Shown: piece after piece, positions 10,675-21,899 of the stretch
Layout of the letters: each line of letters starts with the position of its first letter
Position numbering within the stretch: the first letter of the stretch is position 1
DNA from: Clostridiales bacterium UBA7001
Lineage (GTDB): Bacteria; Bacillota; Clostridia; TANB77; CAG-508
Direction: 5' to 3'
Length of the DNA: 64,000 nucleotides
Assembly: GCA_002449785.1 (NCBI GenBank)
Contig: DJXP01000019.1
Coordinates: 7,287 to 71,286, forward strand
Position numbers and translations under genes: made by a program
The notes under the pieces: model-generated
Told to the model about the DNA's origin: nothing
Databases searched by the model: none
Seen by the model: the letters and a program-made list of their open reading frames with translations, nothing else

Positions 10675-11799
10675 TTAAGATATATTTATGTTTTCAAATA
10701 TTTGCTCAAATTCTTTTTTTGATAAATCATTAACTACACTTTTATTTATAACATAATTTAATTTTTCGTTATATTCAATATCTCCTATAATTTCAAAGTC
10801 GCTAAAAACACTTTCCAAAATATTTTTATCAATCTTATATTTATTTGTTTTGTTTAATACTAATTTTATTTTTTGACTTTGTATTTCAATATCTTTTATG
10901 TAACTTTCTAAATATAAATTTGCTTTTTGCATTTCTATTAAATTTGGTTCCAACAAATACAAAATGAGATTTGAATATTCTATACATTCTTTTACTAATT
11001 TATTTTTAATATCACCTGGTAAATCTATTATTATATAATCATATATTTTTTTATATTTATTTAATCTATTAAATAAATATTCTACATTATACATCGTATT
11101 ATATTCCATATTATTAAATTCACATATTACTCCAAAGTTATTATTTATGTTTACAATTGAATTATTTTTACATTTAATTTCTAATAAATGACTAATAGTT
11201 GAACTATTATAATTTAAATCAATTAATAATACTTTTTTTTCTATGTTTAATAAGTAATTTGAAAATGTTGTAGAAAAAATGCTTTTTCCAGAGCCATTAT
11301 TTCCTGTTATAACTATTATTTTATTATTATTTTTTATATAACTGTTTTTGTCTATTTTTAATGATTTTTGATAATCTTTTATATTAGTGTTATGTATACT
11401 TTTTATAATTATTTTTTTAAATTCTTCAATATCATTTACATTATTAATCTCACTATTATTGTCAATTCTATCAAAAAAATTTTCTATATTATTTAAATAA
11501 AATATATCAAATATATCTTTACTATTTAAATAATTTTCTATATTTTGATTTTTTTCTTTTAAAAACACTATTAATTTTATGTTATCTTTCAATTTTAATA
11601 TTTTATCGATTAATTTTTTAAAATCAAATTCTTCAGGTAATGCATTACTTAAAAATATTATGTCTATATTTTTTATTTGTTCTAATAGTTCAAAAATTCC
11701 CTCTTCATATTGAATGTCCTTACCTATTACTTCATATTCTTTATATTCTCTTAATTTATTATTTATTATTGGGTTTCCAATAGCAGTAATTACTTTCAA
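10675..11799 (-). CDS. TadZ/CpaE/MinD-like ATPase with N-terminal receiver-like domain
   Basis: IIVITGNNGSGKS P-loop, KVLLIDL, YDYIIIDLP, LVLNK; likely TTG start at 11799 overlapping the upstream TGA stop. Confidence 0.7.
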   Translation of the reverse strand: MKVITAIGNPIINNKLREYKEYEVIGKDIQYEEGIFELLEQIKNIDIIFLSNALPEEFDFKKLIDKILKLKDNIKLIVFLKEKNQNIENYLNSKDIFDIFYLNNIENFFDRIDNNSEINNVNDIEEFKKIIIKSIHNTNIKDYQKSLKIDKNSYIKNNNKIIVITGNNGSGKSIFSTTFSNYLLNIEKKVLLIDLNYNSSTISHLLEIKCKNNSIVNINNNFGVICEFNNMEYNTMYNVEYLFNRLNKYKKIYDYIIIDLPGDIKNKLVKECIEYSNLILYLLEPNLIEMQKANLYLESYIKDIEIQSQKIKLVLNKTNKYKIDKNILESVFSDFEIIGDIEYNEKLNYVINKSVVNDLSKKEFEQIFENINIS

Positions 11800-13562
11800 A
11801 CTATCATCTCCATTTCTTCTTCTGAACATTCTATTTTTGCCAGAATATGATTATCGCCTATAAACATTAAGCTTTCTCCTCTCTTTAAAGACTTAATTTC
11901 TATTTTTTCTTTTTCAGAAATATTTGCATATTTACTTAGTACTAATATATTTTCTTCCTCTAAGGAAAAAAAAGATTTAATAGATGAATTATTTAATATG
12001 CTTTTTCCATAAGCTCCATTATCTAAACTAAACAAATCTGAAACATCTTGTGTTATTGCAACAGCACTTCCACCATATTTTCTTATTGTTTTAAATATTT
12101 TATATATAAAGCTTGCAACAAATTTATTTGATGTTACTCCTATTAATCTCCATATTTCATCTAAGTAAATTGCTTTATTTATATTTCTATCTTTTTTTAT
12201 TTTATCCCAAAAGAGTTCTGTAAACACATACATTCCATATTTTAAATTATCTTCACCTAATTCATATATATCTGCAATTATTAATTTATTATCTAACTCT
12301 ACGTTTGTATAATTGTTTAAAAATTTTAATGATCCATTTATAAAAGGGTATAATTTTCTTTTAAAAAAATCTCCACTTTCGTTGTCATCCAATTCGTAAT
12401 ACAAATCTTCCAAAATAGGCATATCACTGCTTTCCTTGAATATTTTTGTGTTTGTCTTTTCATCAAATTTATATAATGAATTATCATCAAAATTAATATT
12501 CTTTTTATTATATGTTTTTATCAAATATTCTTCTAAAATTGCTATTCTTTCTTCATCTAAATCTCCAAATACTAAACTAAAAAATCCTCTTAGTTTTCCT
12601 ATTTTAGTTGTTAAGAATCCCTTTTCTTCTTCAATACTGTCTTCTCTAATATCCAAAATATTTATATATTTATCAGATGTTGGTCCAAATTTTATACAAA
12701 TACCATCTAAATTCTCACATAATTTCGTATATTCTCTTTCAGGATCTATTATGTATTGTGACATTCCCATTATCCTATATCTTAGTATTAACAGTTTTGT
12801 ATAAAATGATTTACCTGCTCCACTTGTTCCAAATACACACATATTAGCATTTTTATACTTATTCTTATTAAATCTATCTACTAAAATTAAAGAATTATTG
12901 TATATATTTGTTCCTATAAAAATACCATTTTCATCACATATATTTGATGAAATAAATGGATATGTTGAAACTAGCGAATTCCCTAATATATTTCTTTTTG
13001 AAACATTCTTTATATCATTATTATTATTCATGAGTGGAATTGTACTTAAAAATATTTGCTCTTGCCTAAAATTTGCTTTTTTGGTTATTAAGCCATTTGC
13101 CTGTAACAAACTTTCTATTTTATTAATATTTCTTGTTAATTCTCTCTCGTTATCTGATAGTATATTTATGTATGTATAAAGAAAGTATAAGTCATCATTA
13201 TTAACTTGAATCTCTTTCCTAATATATTTCGCATCATTATATGAGTAAGCAGCAATATCAATATCCTCTCTATTGGTGTTTCCTTCTTTTAGATTTACTC
13301 CCACATTTCCAATAAAATATGTTAAATCTTTTATTGTTTTATATGAATCTTGTTTTTCATAAAAAATTGATATATTCATATTTACATTAGTATTAATTAA
13401 ATTTTTAAATATAATGTCATGGTATTCTCTATAATAATCAATAATAATTAGACCTGAATAATACATTCCGTCAATTTCTAAATATTTAGGATTTTTGTTA
13501 CTTATATATCCTGGTGACATTTTATCTTTTGTATCTAACACTCCATCATAAAAACTTTCTAT
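11796..13562 (-). CDS. VirB4/TraE-like ATPase
   Basis: NANMCVFGTSGAGKS, YIIDPEREY, IYLDEIW, IRKYGG...ITQ. The track start is GTG 13541; an in-frame ATA at 13562 lies 7 nt after AGGAGG. Confidence 0.88.
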   Translation of the reverse strand: MESFYDGVLDTKDKMSPGYISNKNPKYLEIDGMYYSGLIIIDYYREYHDIIFKNLINTNVNMNISIFYEKQDSYKTIKDLTYFIGNVGVNLKEGNTNREDIDIAAYSYNDAKYIRKEIQVNNDDLYFLYTYINILSDNERELTRNINKIESLLQANGLITKKANFRQEQIFLSTIPLMNNNNDIKNVSKRNILGNSLVSTYPFISSNICDENGIFIGTNIYNNSLILVDRFNKNKYKNANMCVFGTSGAGKSFYTKLLILRYRIMGMSQYIIDPEREYTKLCENLDGICIKFGPTSDKYINILDIREDSIEEEKGFLTTKIGKLRGFFSLVFGDLDEERIAILEEYLIKTYNKKNINFDDNSLYKFDEKTNTKIFKESSDMPILEDLYYELDDNESGDFFKRKLYPFINGSLKFLNNYTNVELDNKLIIADIYELGEDNLKYGMYVFTELFWDKIKKDRNINKAIYLDEIWRLIGVTSNKFVASFIYKIFKTIRKYGGSAVAITQDVSDLFSLDNGAYGKSILNNSSIKSFFSLEEENILVLSKYANISEKEKIEIKSLKRGESLMFIGDNHILAKIECSEEEMEMIV

Positions 13563-14158
13563 ATTAATTCCTCCTTATGATTTTTAAATTCATTTTTGGG
13601 TATAAAAAAACTAGTTAAAACGTCTACACAATCTTTTTTTGAGCAAACATCATAAACAATATTCCCACATCTACTTAAAGACTCCTTTATTTTAAAAAAG
13701 CATTCATTTAAATAATTATTTGCTAATTCTTCTGTTTCTTCTTTTATTTGTTTTTCATTACTCTCAATATCATACTTAACTATAATAAAAAAAATTTTTG
13801 ATGATGATTTATTTTCATCAACTTTTCTATTAATAAAACTAATATAATTTCTTATATTCTCTTTTATTTTATTATTTTTTTCATTTTCGGATATTTTTTT
13901 TAGATTTAAAAAATAAGTTGAAAGATCTTCTTTTTTACTTTGGATTAATATTTGAATACTAAAATCACATGATTTTAAAAATAACTTATACGAATTTAAA
14001 ATAGCTTCTTTTTCTAAATTTGATTTTAAATCATAATTAATAGGTTTAACTCTAATAATTTTAACATATTTATTTTTTATCTTTATAACACCATTATCTA
14101 AAATTTTTTCAAATGGTAGCCATTCTTTTGTAGTCTTTTTATGTTTATTTTTTATTAT
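13559..14158 (-). CDS. unannotated ~199-aa VirB4-associated protein (TrsD/TraC-N-like), probable ATA start
   Basis: Hand translation is open throughout: IIKNKHKKTTKEWLPFEKILDNGVIKIKNKYVKIIRVKPINYDLKSNLEKEAILNSYKLFLKSCDFSIQILIQSKKEDL...KESLSRCGN...HKEELI*. No in-frame ATG/GTG/TTG; AAAGGAG RBS just upstream of two ATA codons. Confidence 0.8.
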   Translation of the reverse strand: MIKNKHKKTTKEWLPFEKILDNGVIKIKNKYVKIIRVKPINYDLKSNLEKEAILNSYKLFLKSCDFSIQILIQSKKEDLSTYFLNLKKISENEKNNKIKENIRNYISFINRKVDENKSSSKIFFIIVKYDIESNEKQIKEETEELANNYLNECFFKIKESLSRCGNIVYDVCSKKDCVDVLTSFFIPKNEFKNHKEELI

Positions 14159-14199
14159 ATCATCTCCTTTTTATTTTTTAATTTCATTATTATAATAAC

Positions 14200-14238
14200 A
14201 AAAAAAGACAAAACAAATTATAAATTTATTTTGCCCCT
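14200..14238 (-). terminator. terminator-like hairpin in the leader of the VirB4-like operon
   Basis: Minus strand AGGGGCAAAATAAATT-TAT-AATTTGTTTTGTCT followed by a T run. Confidence 0.5.
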
Positions 14239-14250
14239 TGAATTTTTTAT

Positions 14251-14279
14251 ATAATACAACTTTTTTTATATATTGTCAA
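14251..14279 (-). promoter_or_regulatory. sigma-A-type promoter upstream of the VirB4-like operon
   Basis: TTGACA-N17-TATTAT on the minus strand. Confidence 0.6.
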
Positions 14280-14781
14280 TAAATTTTTGAATATTTTTAA
14301 TTTTTTTGCCTATAATATTATTATAAAATTTATATTAGCCTAACTTAAGAGTAAATAAATATTTATAAGGTGTTTATTTATTCGAGTTAAGATATAAAAT
14401 ATTGATAAATATTAGTATTTTATGTCGGACACAAGGAGTGTATTGTTTATCCAAGAGCTTTTTTCTCAATTTTATATATAATAAATATACAGCTTTATGT
14501 TATAAGAGTTTTTATAATTGTAACAATTATAAAATAATAAAAGGTTTGAAAATATATAATACATTTGAAGTTATGATTATATTTTTATTTAAAAGTGGTT
14601 GCCTATACTCCTTATAGGACGACAGCAGCTATTTAGAGTGGATTTATAATTTAGTGATTGATTAATATATGTTATATATGGCTTATTAATATAGCAATAT
14701 GTTTTAGGTCAGACCATAATGTATTTTAGTCCAAGCTGAAAGTTAATATAAGTTTTATAATGTTAAATTATTATTTAACTG

Positions 14782-14813
14782 AAAATAGAGGGTGAATATT
14801 ACACCCTCTATTT

Positions 14814-14814
<1 letters not shown>
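14782..14814 (-). terminator. gyrB intrinsic terminator
   Basis: AAAATAGAGGGTG...CACCCTCTATTTT inverted repeat at the gyrB stop. Confidence 0.75.
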
Positions 14815-16766
<1,952 letters not shown>

Positions 16767-16790
16767 TTACTATTCTATTTTACCTCTTAT

Positions 16791-17858
16791 TTATAATTTA
16801 TTGCATATACCATTTTCTATATAAAATTTTGCATTATTTTTTATATCAATTTCATCAGTACAAGTTATTATAACTTGATTGTCTTTTATATTTTCAAAGA
16901 AATTTTTTCTTCTATTCTCATCTAACTCTGACATAAAATCATCTAATAACAGTATTGGTGTGTCATTTATTTCATCTTTTATAATTTGAAGCTCACAGAG
17001 TTTTAAAGTTAAAACCATTGTTCTTTGCTGTCCTTGTGAGCCAAATATAGAAACTGGCCTATCATTTATATAAATTATAAAATCATCTCTATGAATACCA
17101 GTAGCTGTATATCCTCTTTTTATATCTAATTCTCTTGTTTTTATTAAGTTATCTAAAAAAGTTTTTTCTTCTTTACTATTAGAAATATATTTTATTTTGA
17201 TATCTTCTTTTCCACTTTTTGTTATTAATTTGTGGAAAACATTTATGTTTTCTTCTATTTTTTCTATAAACATTTTTCTATATTCATATATTTTATAAGA
17301 ATATGAAGCAAGTTGTTCATCCCAGATATCTAACATTTCTACTTTTTTGTTTTCAATTTTTATCTGCCTTAAATAGTTATTTCTCTGCTCTAGAGATTTA
17401 TTATAAGAATTTAATAAATGAATATAATTAGGTCTTAAAGAACTAATTAGCATATCAATAAATTTTCTTCTTTTACTTGGTCCTTCTTTTATTATATCAA
17501 TATCTTCTGGAGTAAATATAACTACATTAATTTTGCCAATTACATCACTTATTTTTTTTTGTTTTATTTCATTTAAATAAAATGTTTTTTTGTCATTTAT
17601 ATCTACTTTTATTTTTCCACTTCTATCGTTTTTTTTATATATTATTTCTATACTTGAACAATCTTTTTTAAAATTTATTAGTTCATTATCTTTTTTTGCT
17701 CTAAAAGATTTTCCATATGCACATAAATAAATTGCCTCAACAATATTAGTTTTTCCTTGTGCATTATTGCCAAATAATACATTTATATTATTATTAAATT
17801 CTATTTTTTGCTCTTCGTAATTTCTAAAATTATTTAAATATAATTCTTTTATGTACAT
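16791..17858 (-). CDS. recF: DNA replication/repair protein RecF
   Basis: NFRNY, GNNAQGKTN, GSQGQQR, LLLDD; canonical position. Confidence 0.97.
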   Translation of the reverse strand: MYIKELYLNNFRNYEEQKIEFNNNINVLFGNNAQGKTNIVEAIYLCAYGKSFRAKKDNELINFKKDCSSIEIIYKKNDRSGKIKVDINDKKTFYLNEIKQKKISDVIGKINVVIFTPEDIDIIKEGPSKRRKFIDMLISSLRPNYIHLLNSYNKSLEQRNNYLRQIKIENKKVEMLDIWDEQLASYSYKIYEYRKMFIEKIEENINVFHKLITKSGKEDIKIKYISNSKEEKTFLDNLIKTRELDIKRGYTATGIHRDDFIIYINDRPVSIFGSQGQQRTMVLTLKLCELQIIKDEINDTPILLLDDFMSELDENRRKNFFENIKDNQVIITCTDEIDIKNNAKFYIENGICNKL

Positions 17859-17868
17859 TTTCTACCCA

Positions 17869-18063
17869 CTATATTAAAGTAACAAGCCATCCTAAAAATA
17901 CTTTAACGACCCACAACATAACAACTGCAATTGCAATTAATAATACAATCATACCTATATTAATTTTCTTTCCAGTTCTTTCATAAATCATTTCAGAAAT
18001 TCCATCAAACTTTTTTGTTAAATTCATATAAAAATCGCCTATTTTTTTTAAAATATCTTTCAT
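17869..18063 (-). CDS. small single-pass membrane protein
   Basis: 64 aa with C-terminal hydrophobic helix, between dnaN and recF. Confidence 0.6.
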   Translation of the reverse strand: MKDILKKIGDFYMNLTKKFDGISEMIYERTGKKINIGMIVLLIAIAVVMLWVVKVFLGWLVTLI

Positions 18064-18100
18064 AATAAATTATGTTAAATTCCTTAACATATCCTCCTTT

Positions 18101-19219
18101 TTAATCTTTCATTTTTATTGGTAATATCATATAAATATAGTCTCCTGTATTATCTACTGATTTAATAATACATGGTGATCTATTTGTTCCAAATTCTATA
18201 TATACTTCTTCATCATCAATTACTTTTAAAGCATCTAAAAAGAATCTAGGATTAAATCCAATTTCTAAATCTTTTCCTTCAGTTTCAACATATAATTCTT
18301 CTTTAGCATCTCCTGTCTGATTTGCACATAAAATTGTTACTTTTCCTATTTCAATATTTATTTTTACAGGATATTTTTTTTCTTTTTCAATACTTGAAGC
18401 TGAAATTAAAGACACTCTTTCAAAACAATTTTGTAACATTATTTTATTAACTTTTATTCTTGTTTCCCAATTCTGTGGTATTGCATTAGAATATTTTAAA
18501 AATTCACCATCTAGTAATCTAGTAACAATCTTACAATTTTCCATTTCAAATAATGCTTGATTTCTTGAAATCCCTATCTTAATAGGCTCAAACGAATCTG
18601 ATATTATTTTATTAACTTCGTTTAATGTTTTTCCAGGAATTACACTACTGAAATTATTAGAAACCTTATTTATTTCAGATTTTTTTATTGCTAATCTATA
18701 TCCATCAACAGCAACAACATTTAATTTATTATCTGTTACTTCAAATAAACATCCCGTAAAAATAGGTCTATTTTCTTCTGTACTTACAGCAAATATTGTT
18801 TTTCTAATCATATTTTTTAATATTGTTTGTTCAATTTCTATTGAATTATCTATATTTATTTTTGGAAGTTCTGGAAATTCATCAGCATTCATTGTAGCTA
18901 GTTTATATAAAGATCCTTCACATTCAATTTCTAATAAATTATTTTCATTGATAGATAGTTTAATTTCAGAAGCTGGTAATCTTTTAATTATTTCACTGAA
19001 CATTGTTGCATTTACTACAGTATTACCTTGTTCTTCAACTTTTGCTTCTAATATATATTCAATTCCTATTTCTAAATCATATGAAGTTAATTTTAATTCA
19101 TTTTCATTTGTTTGAATAAGTATTCCTTCTAATATTGGCATTGTTGTTTTTGAAGCAACGCCATTAATAACGGAAGTAATACCTTTTAAGATTTTTTCTT
19201 TTTCACAAATAATTTTCAT
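18101..19219 (-). CDS. dnaN: DNA polymerase III beta clamp
   Basis: PILEGILI, VAVDGYRLA, IGFNPRF, YMILPIK; downstream of dnaA. Confidence 0.97.
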   Translation of the reverse strand: MKIICEKEKILKGITSVINGVASKTTMPILEGILIQTNENELKLTSYDLEIGIEYILEAKVEEQGNTVVNATMFSEIIKRLPASEIKLSINENNLLEIECEGSLYKLATMNADEFPELPKINIDNSIEIEQTILKNMIRKTIFAVSTEENRPIFTGCLFEVTDNKLNVVAVDGYRLAIKKSEINKVSNNFSSVIPGKTLNEVNKIISDSFEPIKIGISRNQALFEMENCKIVTRLLDGEFLKYSNAIPQNWETRIKVNKIMLQNCFERVSLISASSIEKEKKYPVKINIEIGKVTILCANQTGDAKEELYVETEGKDLEIGFNPRFFLDALKVIDDEEVYIEFGTNRSPCIIKSVDNTGDYIYMILPIKMKD

Positions 19220-19536
19220 TTTTTTCTCCTTTAATTTATTAATATAATTAGTAGTATTAGTATTAGGTGCTGTGGATTTAGTGGAAAACTTTTCAAATCA
19301 TTTACTTCCCTAGGAAAGAGCATGTGTAAAAATATGTTAATAAAGTTCCTTTTTTTCCACACTATTCAATATCATTTGTGAATAAAGAGTTATTAACAAT
19401 GTTTATACAGGATTTTCACAATTGAATGTGGATAACCTTTTAAGCTTTTCCGTAAGAGTTAATAGCTCTTCTTTGGTAAAAAAAATGTTTGTAAAACATA
19501 TTTTTTTGTTTATATTATTTTTTATTTATATTATTA
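19220..19536. promoter_or_regulatory. oriC: oriC unwinding region (dnaA-dnaN intergenic) with DnaA boxes and DnaA-trios
   Basis: TGTGGATAA 19427-19435, TGTGAATAA 19377-19385, TTTTCCACA 19353-19361, TGTGGATTT 19271-19279 next to TAGTAGTATTAGTATTAG (19249-19266) and an AT-rich tract, the Bacillus-type basal unwinding arrangement. Confidence 0.9.
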
Positions 19537-20883
19537 TTATTTATCTTCTTGGATTATGTTTTTAACACTTTCCACAATTAGTTTGGTGTTTGTCTTTTCT
19601 TTTATTTCTTTTTCTATTTTATTAACAGCATGCATTACAGTTGTATGATCCCTATTGCCGAATTCAGCACCAATTTTTGGAAATGACATACCAGCTACGG
19701 TTCTACATAAATACATAGCTATTTGTCTTGGATGAGCTATATCATTTGATTTTTTTGTTGAAATTAAATCTTTTTTATCTATATTAAAGTATTTAGATAC
19801 AACTTCTTGTATATAGTCAGCAGATATAACTTTTTCTTTTTGTAACACAATATCATTTATTGATTTTTCTGCCATTTCTATTGTTATAGGACTATGAGTT
19901 AATGATGCATATGCTATGATTTTATTTAAGGCACCTTCTAATTCTCTAATATTAGAATCTATTTTTGTTGCTATTACTGATAAAATATAATCATCTATTA
20001 TAATATTGTCTGCTTGTACTTTTTTCCTTAATATAGCAAGTCTTGTTTCATAATCAGGCATTGAAATATCTGCTAGTATTCCCCACTCGAATCTTGATTT
20101 TAATCTTTCTTCTAATAATGGAATGTCTCGAGGAGGCTTGTCACTTGATATTATTATTTGTTTTCCATTTTGATGTAAAGTATTAAAAGTATGAAAAAAT
20201 TCTTCTTGCCCCATCTTCTTTCCTGCTATAAACTGAATATCATCTATTAATAAAACATCAATATTTCTATATTTATTTCTAAATAATTCATTTTTATAAT
20301 TAGCATCTTTAATTGAATTAATAAGTTCATTTATAAATTGTTCTGATGTTACATATAAAATTTTGGTATTTGGATTGTTCTTCATTATTTTATTTCCGAT
20401 TGCATGCATTAAATGAGTTTTTCCAAGACCAACTCCTCCATATATAAATAAAGGGTTATATGCAGTTGCTGGTGATTCTGATACAGCATATGCTGCTGCT
20501 TGTGCAAACTTATTATTATTTCCAATTACGAAATTATCAAATGTATATTTGGGATTTAAAAAACTATTATTATAGTTTTCGGTGCTAGTAAAATCAACTT
20601 TTTCTGCTTGAGTATTCTCTATTTCTAATGCTTCAGATTTTTCTATAATTTTTATATCGCAAGTTTTATTTGTTATAAAGTTAAATGTGTTTGAAACTAA
20701 ATCAAAAAGTCTAGATTCTATTGCATCTTTTTGCATTTTTGAGAGTGCTACTAAAACTATTTTATTGTCGTCTACTGATTCTATTTCTAAGCTTTTTATC
20801 CATGTAGTATATGAAATTGTTGTCATTTCTTCTTTTAATAAATCTTTTGCTTTTGTAAGTAAATCATTTTTGTCTGAGTACAT
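19537..20883 (-). CDS. dnaA: chromosomal replication initiator DnaA
   Basis: NPKYTFDNFVIG, YNPLFIYGGVGLGKTHL, LLIDDIQF, RDHTTVMHA. Confidence 0.99.
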   Translation of the reverse strand: MYSDKNDLLTKAKDLLKEEMTTISYTTWIKSLEIESVDDNKIVLVALSKMQKDAIESRLFDLVSNTFNFITNKTCDIKIIEKSEALEIENTQAEKVDFTSTENYNNSFLNPKYTFDNFVIGNNNKFAQAAAYAVSESPATAYNPLFIYGGVGLGKTHLMHAIGNKIMKNNPNTKILYVTSEQFINELINSIKDANYKNELFRNKYRNIDVLLIDDIQFIAGKKMGQEEFFHTFNTLHQNGKQIIISSDKPPRDIPLLEERLKSRFEWGILADISMPDYETRLAILRKKVQADNIIIDDYILSVIATKIDSNIRELEGALNKIIAYASLTHSPITIEMAEKSINDIVLQKEKVISADYIQEVVSKYFNIDKKDLISTKKSNDIAHPRQIAMYLCRTVAGMSFPKIGAEFGNRDHTTVMHAVNKIEKEIKEKTNTKLIVESVKNIIQEDK

Positions 20884-20914
20884 TATTATATAGAACCATC
20901 CTTTCTAAGTTGTA

Positions 20915-20992
20915 TTATCCACAATGTTTTCCACATATGATTACGGGAGTACTGAAAATGAAAGACTTCACCGTATATTTGTTTGTGGAAAA
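20915..20992. promoter_or_regulatory. DnaA-box cluster upstream of dnaA
   Basis: TTATCCACA 20915-20923, TTTTCCACA 20927-20935, TGTGGAAAA 20984-20992. Confidence 0.8.
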
Positions 20993-21230
20993 AATAATTT
21001 TATTTTTTTGCAAACTTATAATATCAAAAATACTTTAAAATATCAAGACAAAAATTAATAAAAAAAATATGAAAGTAACAATTTTGTAATATTAAATATT
21101 AAAAATATTTCTAGATACTTGACTTTTTCTGTGAAATTATAGTATAATCTAAATTACTTTTGAATAAATGTAATAATTATATTACAAATAATAAATAAAA
21201 AAATAATTTATTTAAATTAGGAGGTGCAAA

Positions 21231-21365
21231 ATGAAAAGAACATATCAACCAAAAAAGAGACAAAGAAATAAAGTTCATGGTTTTAGAAAAAGAATGCAAA
21301 CTAGAGCTGGTAGAAAAGTTTTAAAGGCAAGAAGAAATAAAGGAAGAAAAAGCATATGTGCTTAA
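21231..21365 (+). CDS. rpmH: 50S ribosomal protein L34
   Basis: Below the ORF-track cutoff; [53 protein letters not shown]. Confidence 0.98.
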   Translation: MKRTYQPKKRQRNKVHGFRKRMQTRAGRKVLKARRNKGRKSICA

Positions 21366-21545
21366 AATAAAGAGGGCTATTAATATGCCCTTTTATTCTA
21401 TCATATTTTTACAAATTTAAATAATGCTAATTTCTTATATTTTATTATGTAAAAAACTAAAATTTAAAATATCTTATTTAATAATGACTGCAACTAATTT
21501 TATTATTATATAAAGTATTATGTAACTTTTTATAAAGGAATAAAT

Positions 21546-21899
21546 ATGAAAAAAACAATTATGTTAAAAAAAAATTATGAATTTAAAAATTTATTTTCAA
21601 AAGGTAAATTTTATTTTGGTGATTTTATACACTTTTATATTAAAGAAACACAATTAGATATAAATAGATTTGGAATAGCAATATCTAGGAAAGCTGGAAA
21701 AGCAGTGGATAGGAATCATATTAAAAGACTAATAAGAGAAAATTATAAACTATATGAAAAGAATATAAAAGATGGAGTAGATATTTTAGTTGTTATTAAT
21801 AAGAATAAAAATATTAAAGAAATTAGTTTTAAACAAATAGAAAATAATTTTTATAAAACTTTAAAGAAAGCTAATTTATTAATTAATTATGATTGTTAA
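21546..21899 (+). CDS. rnpA: ribonuclease P protein component
   Basis: RFGIAISRKAGKAVDRNHIKR motif; synteny. Confidence 0.95.
   Translation: MKKTIMLKKNYEFKNLFSKGKFYFGDFIHFYIKETQLDINRFGIAISRKAGKAVDRNHIKRLIRENYKLYEKNIKDGVDILVVINKNKNIKEISFKQIENNFYKTLKKANLLINYDC

Noticed and set aside
1741..14279. Intact ICE or prophage
   Set aside because: No integrase, relaxase, att repeats or phage genes, and essential genes lie between the two halves.
14402..14617. 71-aa ORF in the gyrB-VirB4 intergenic region
   Set aside because: TTG start without RBS and no recognisable features.
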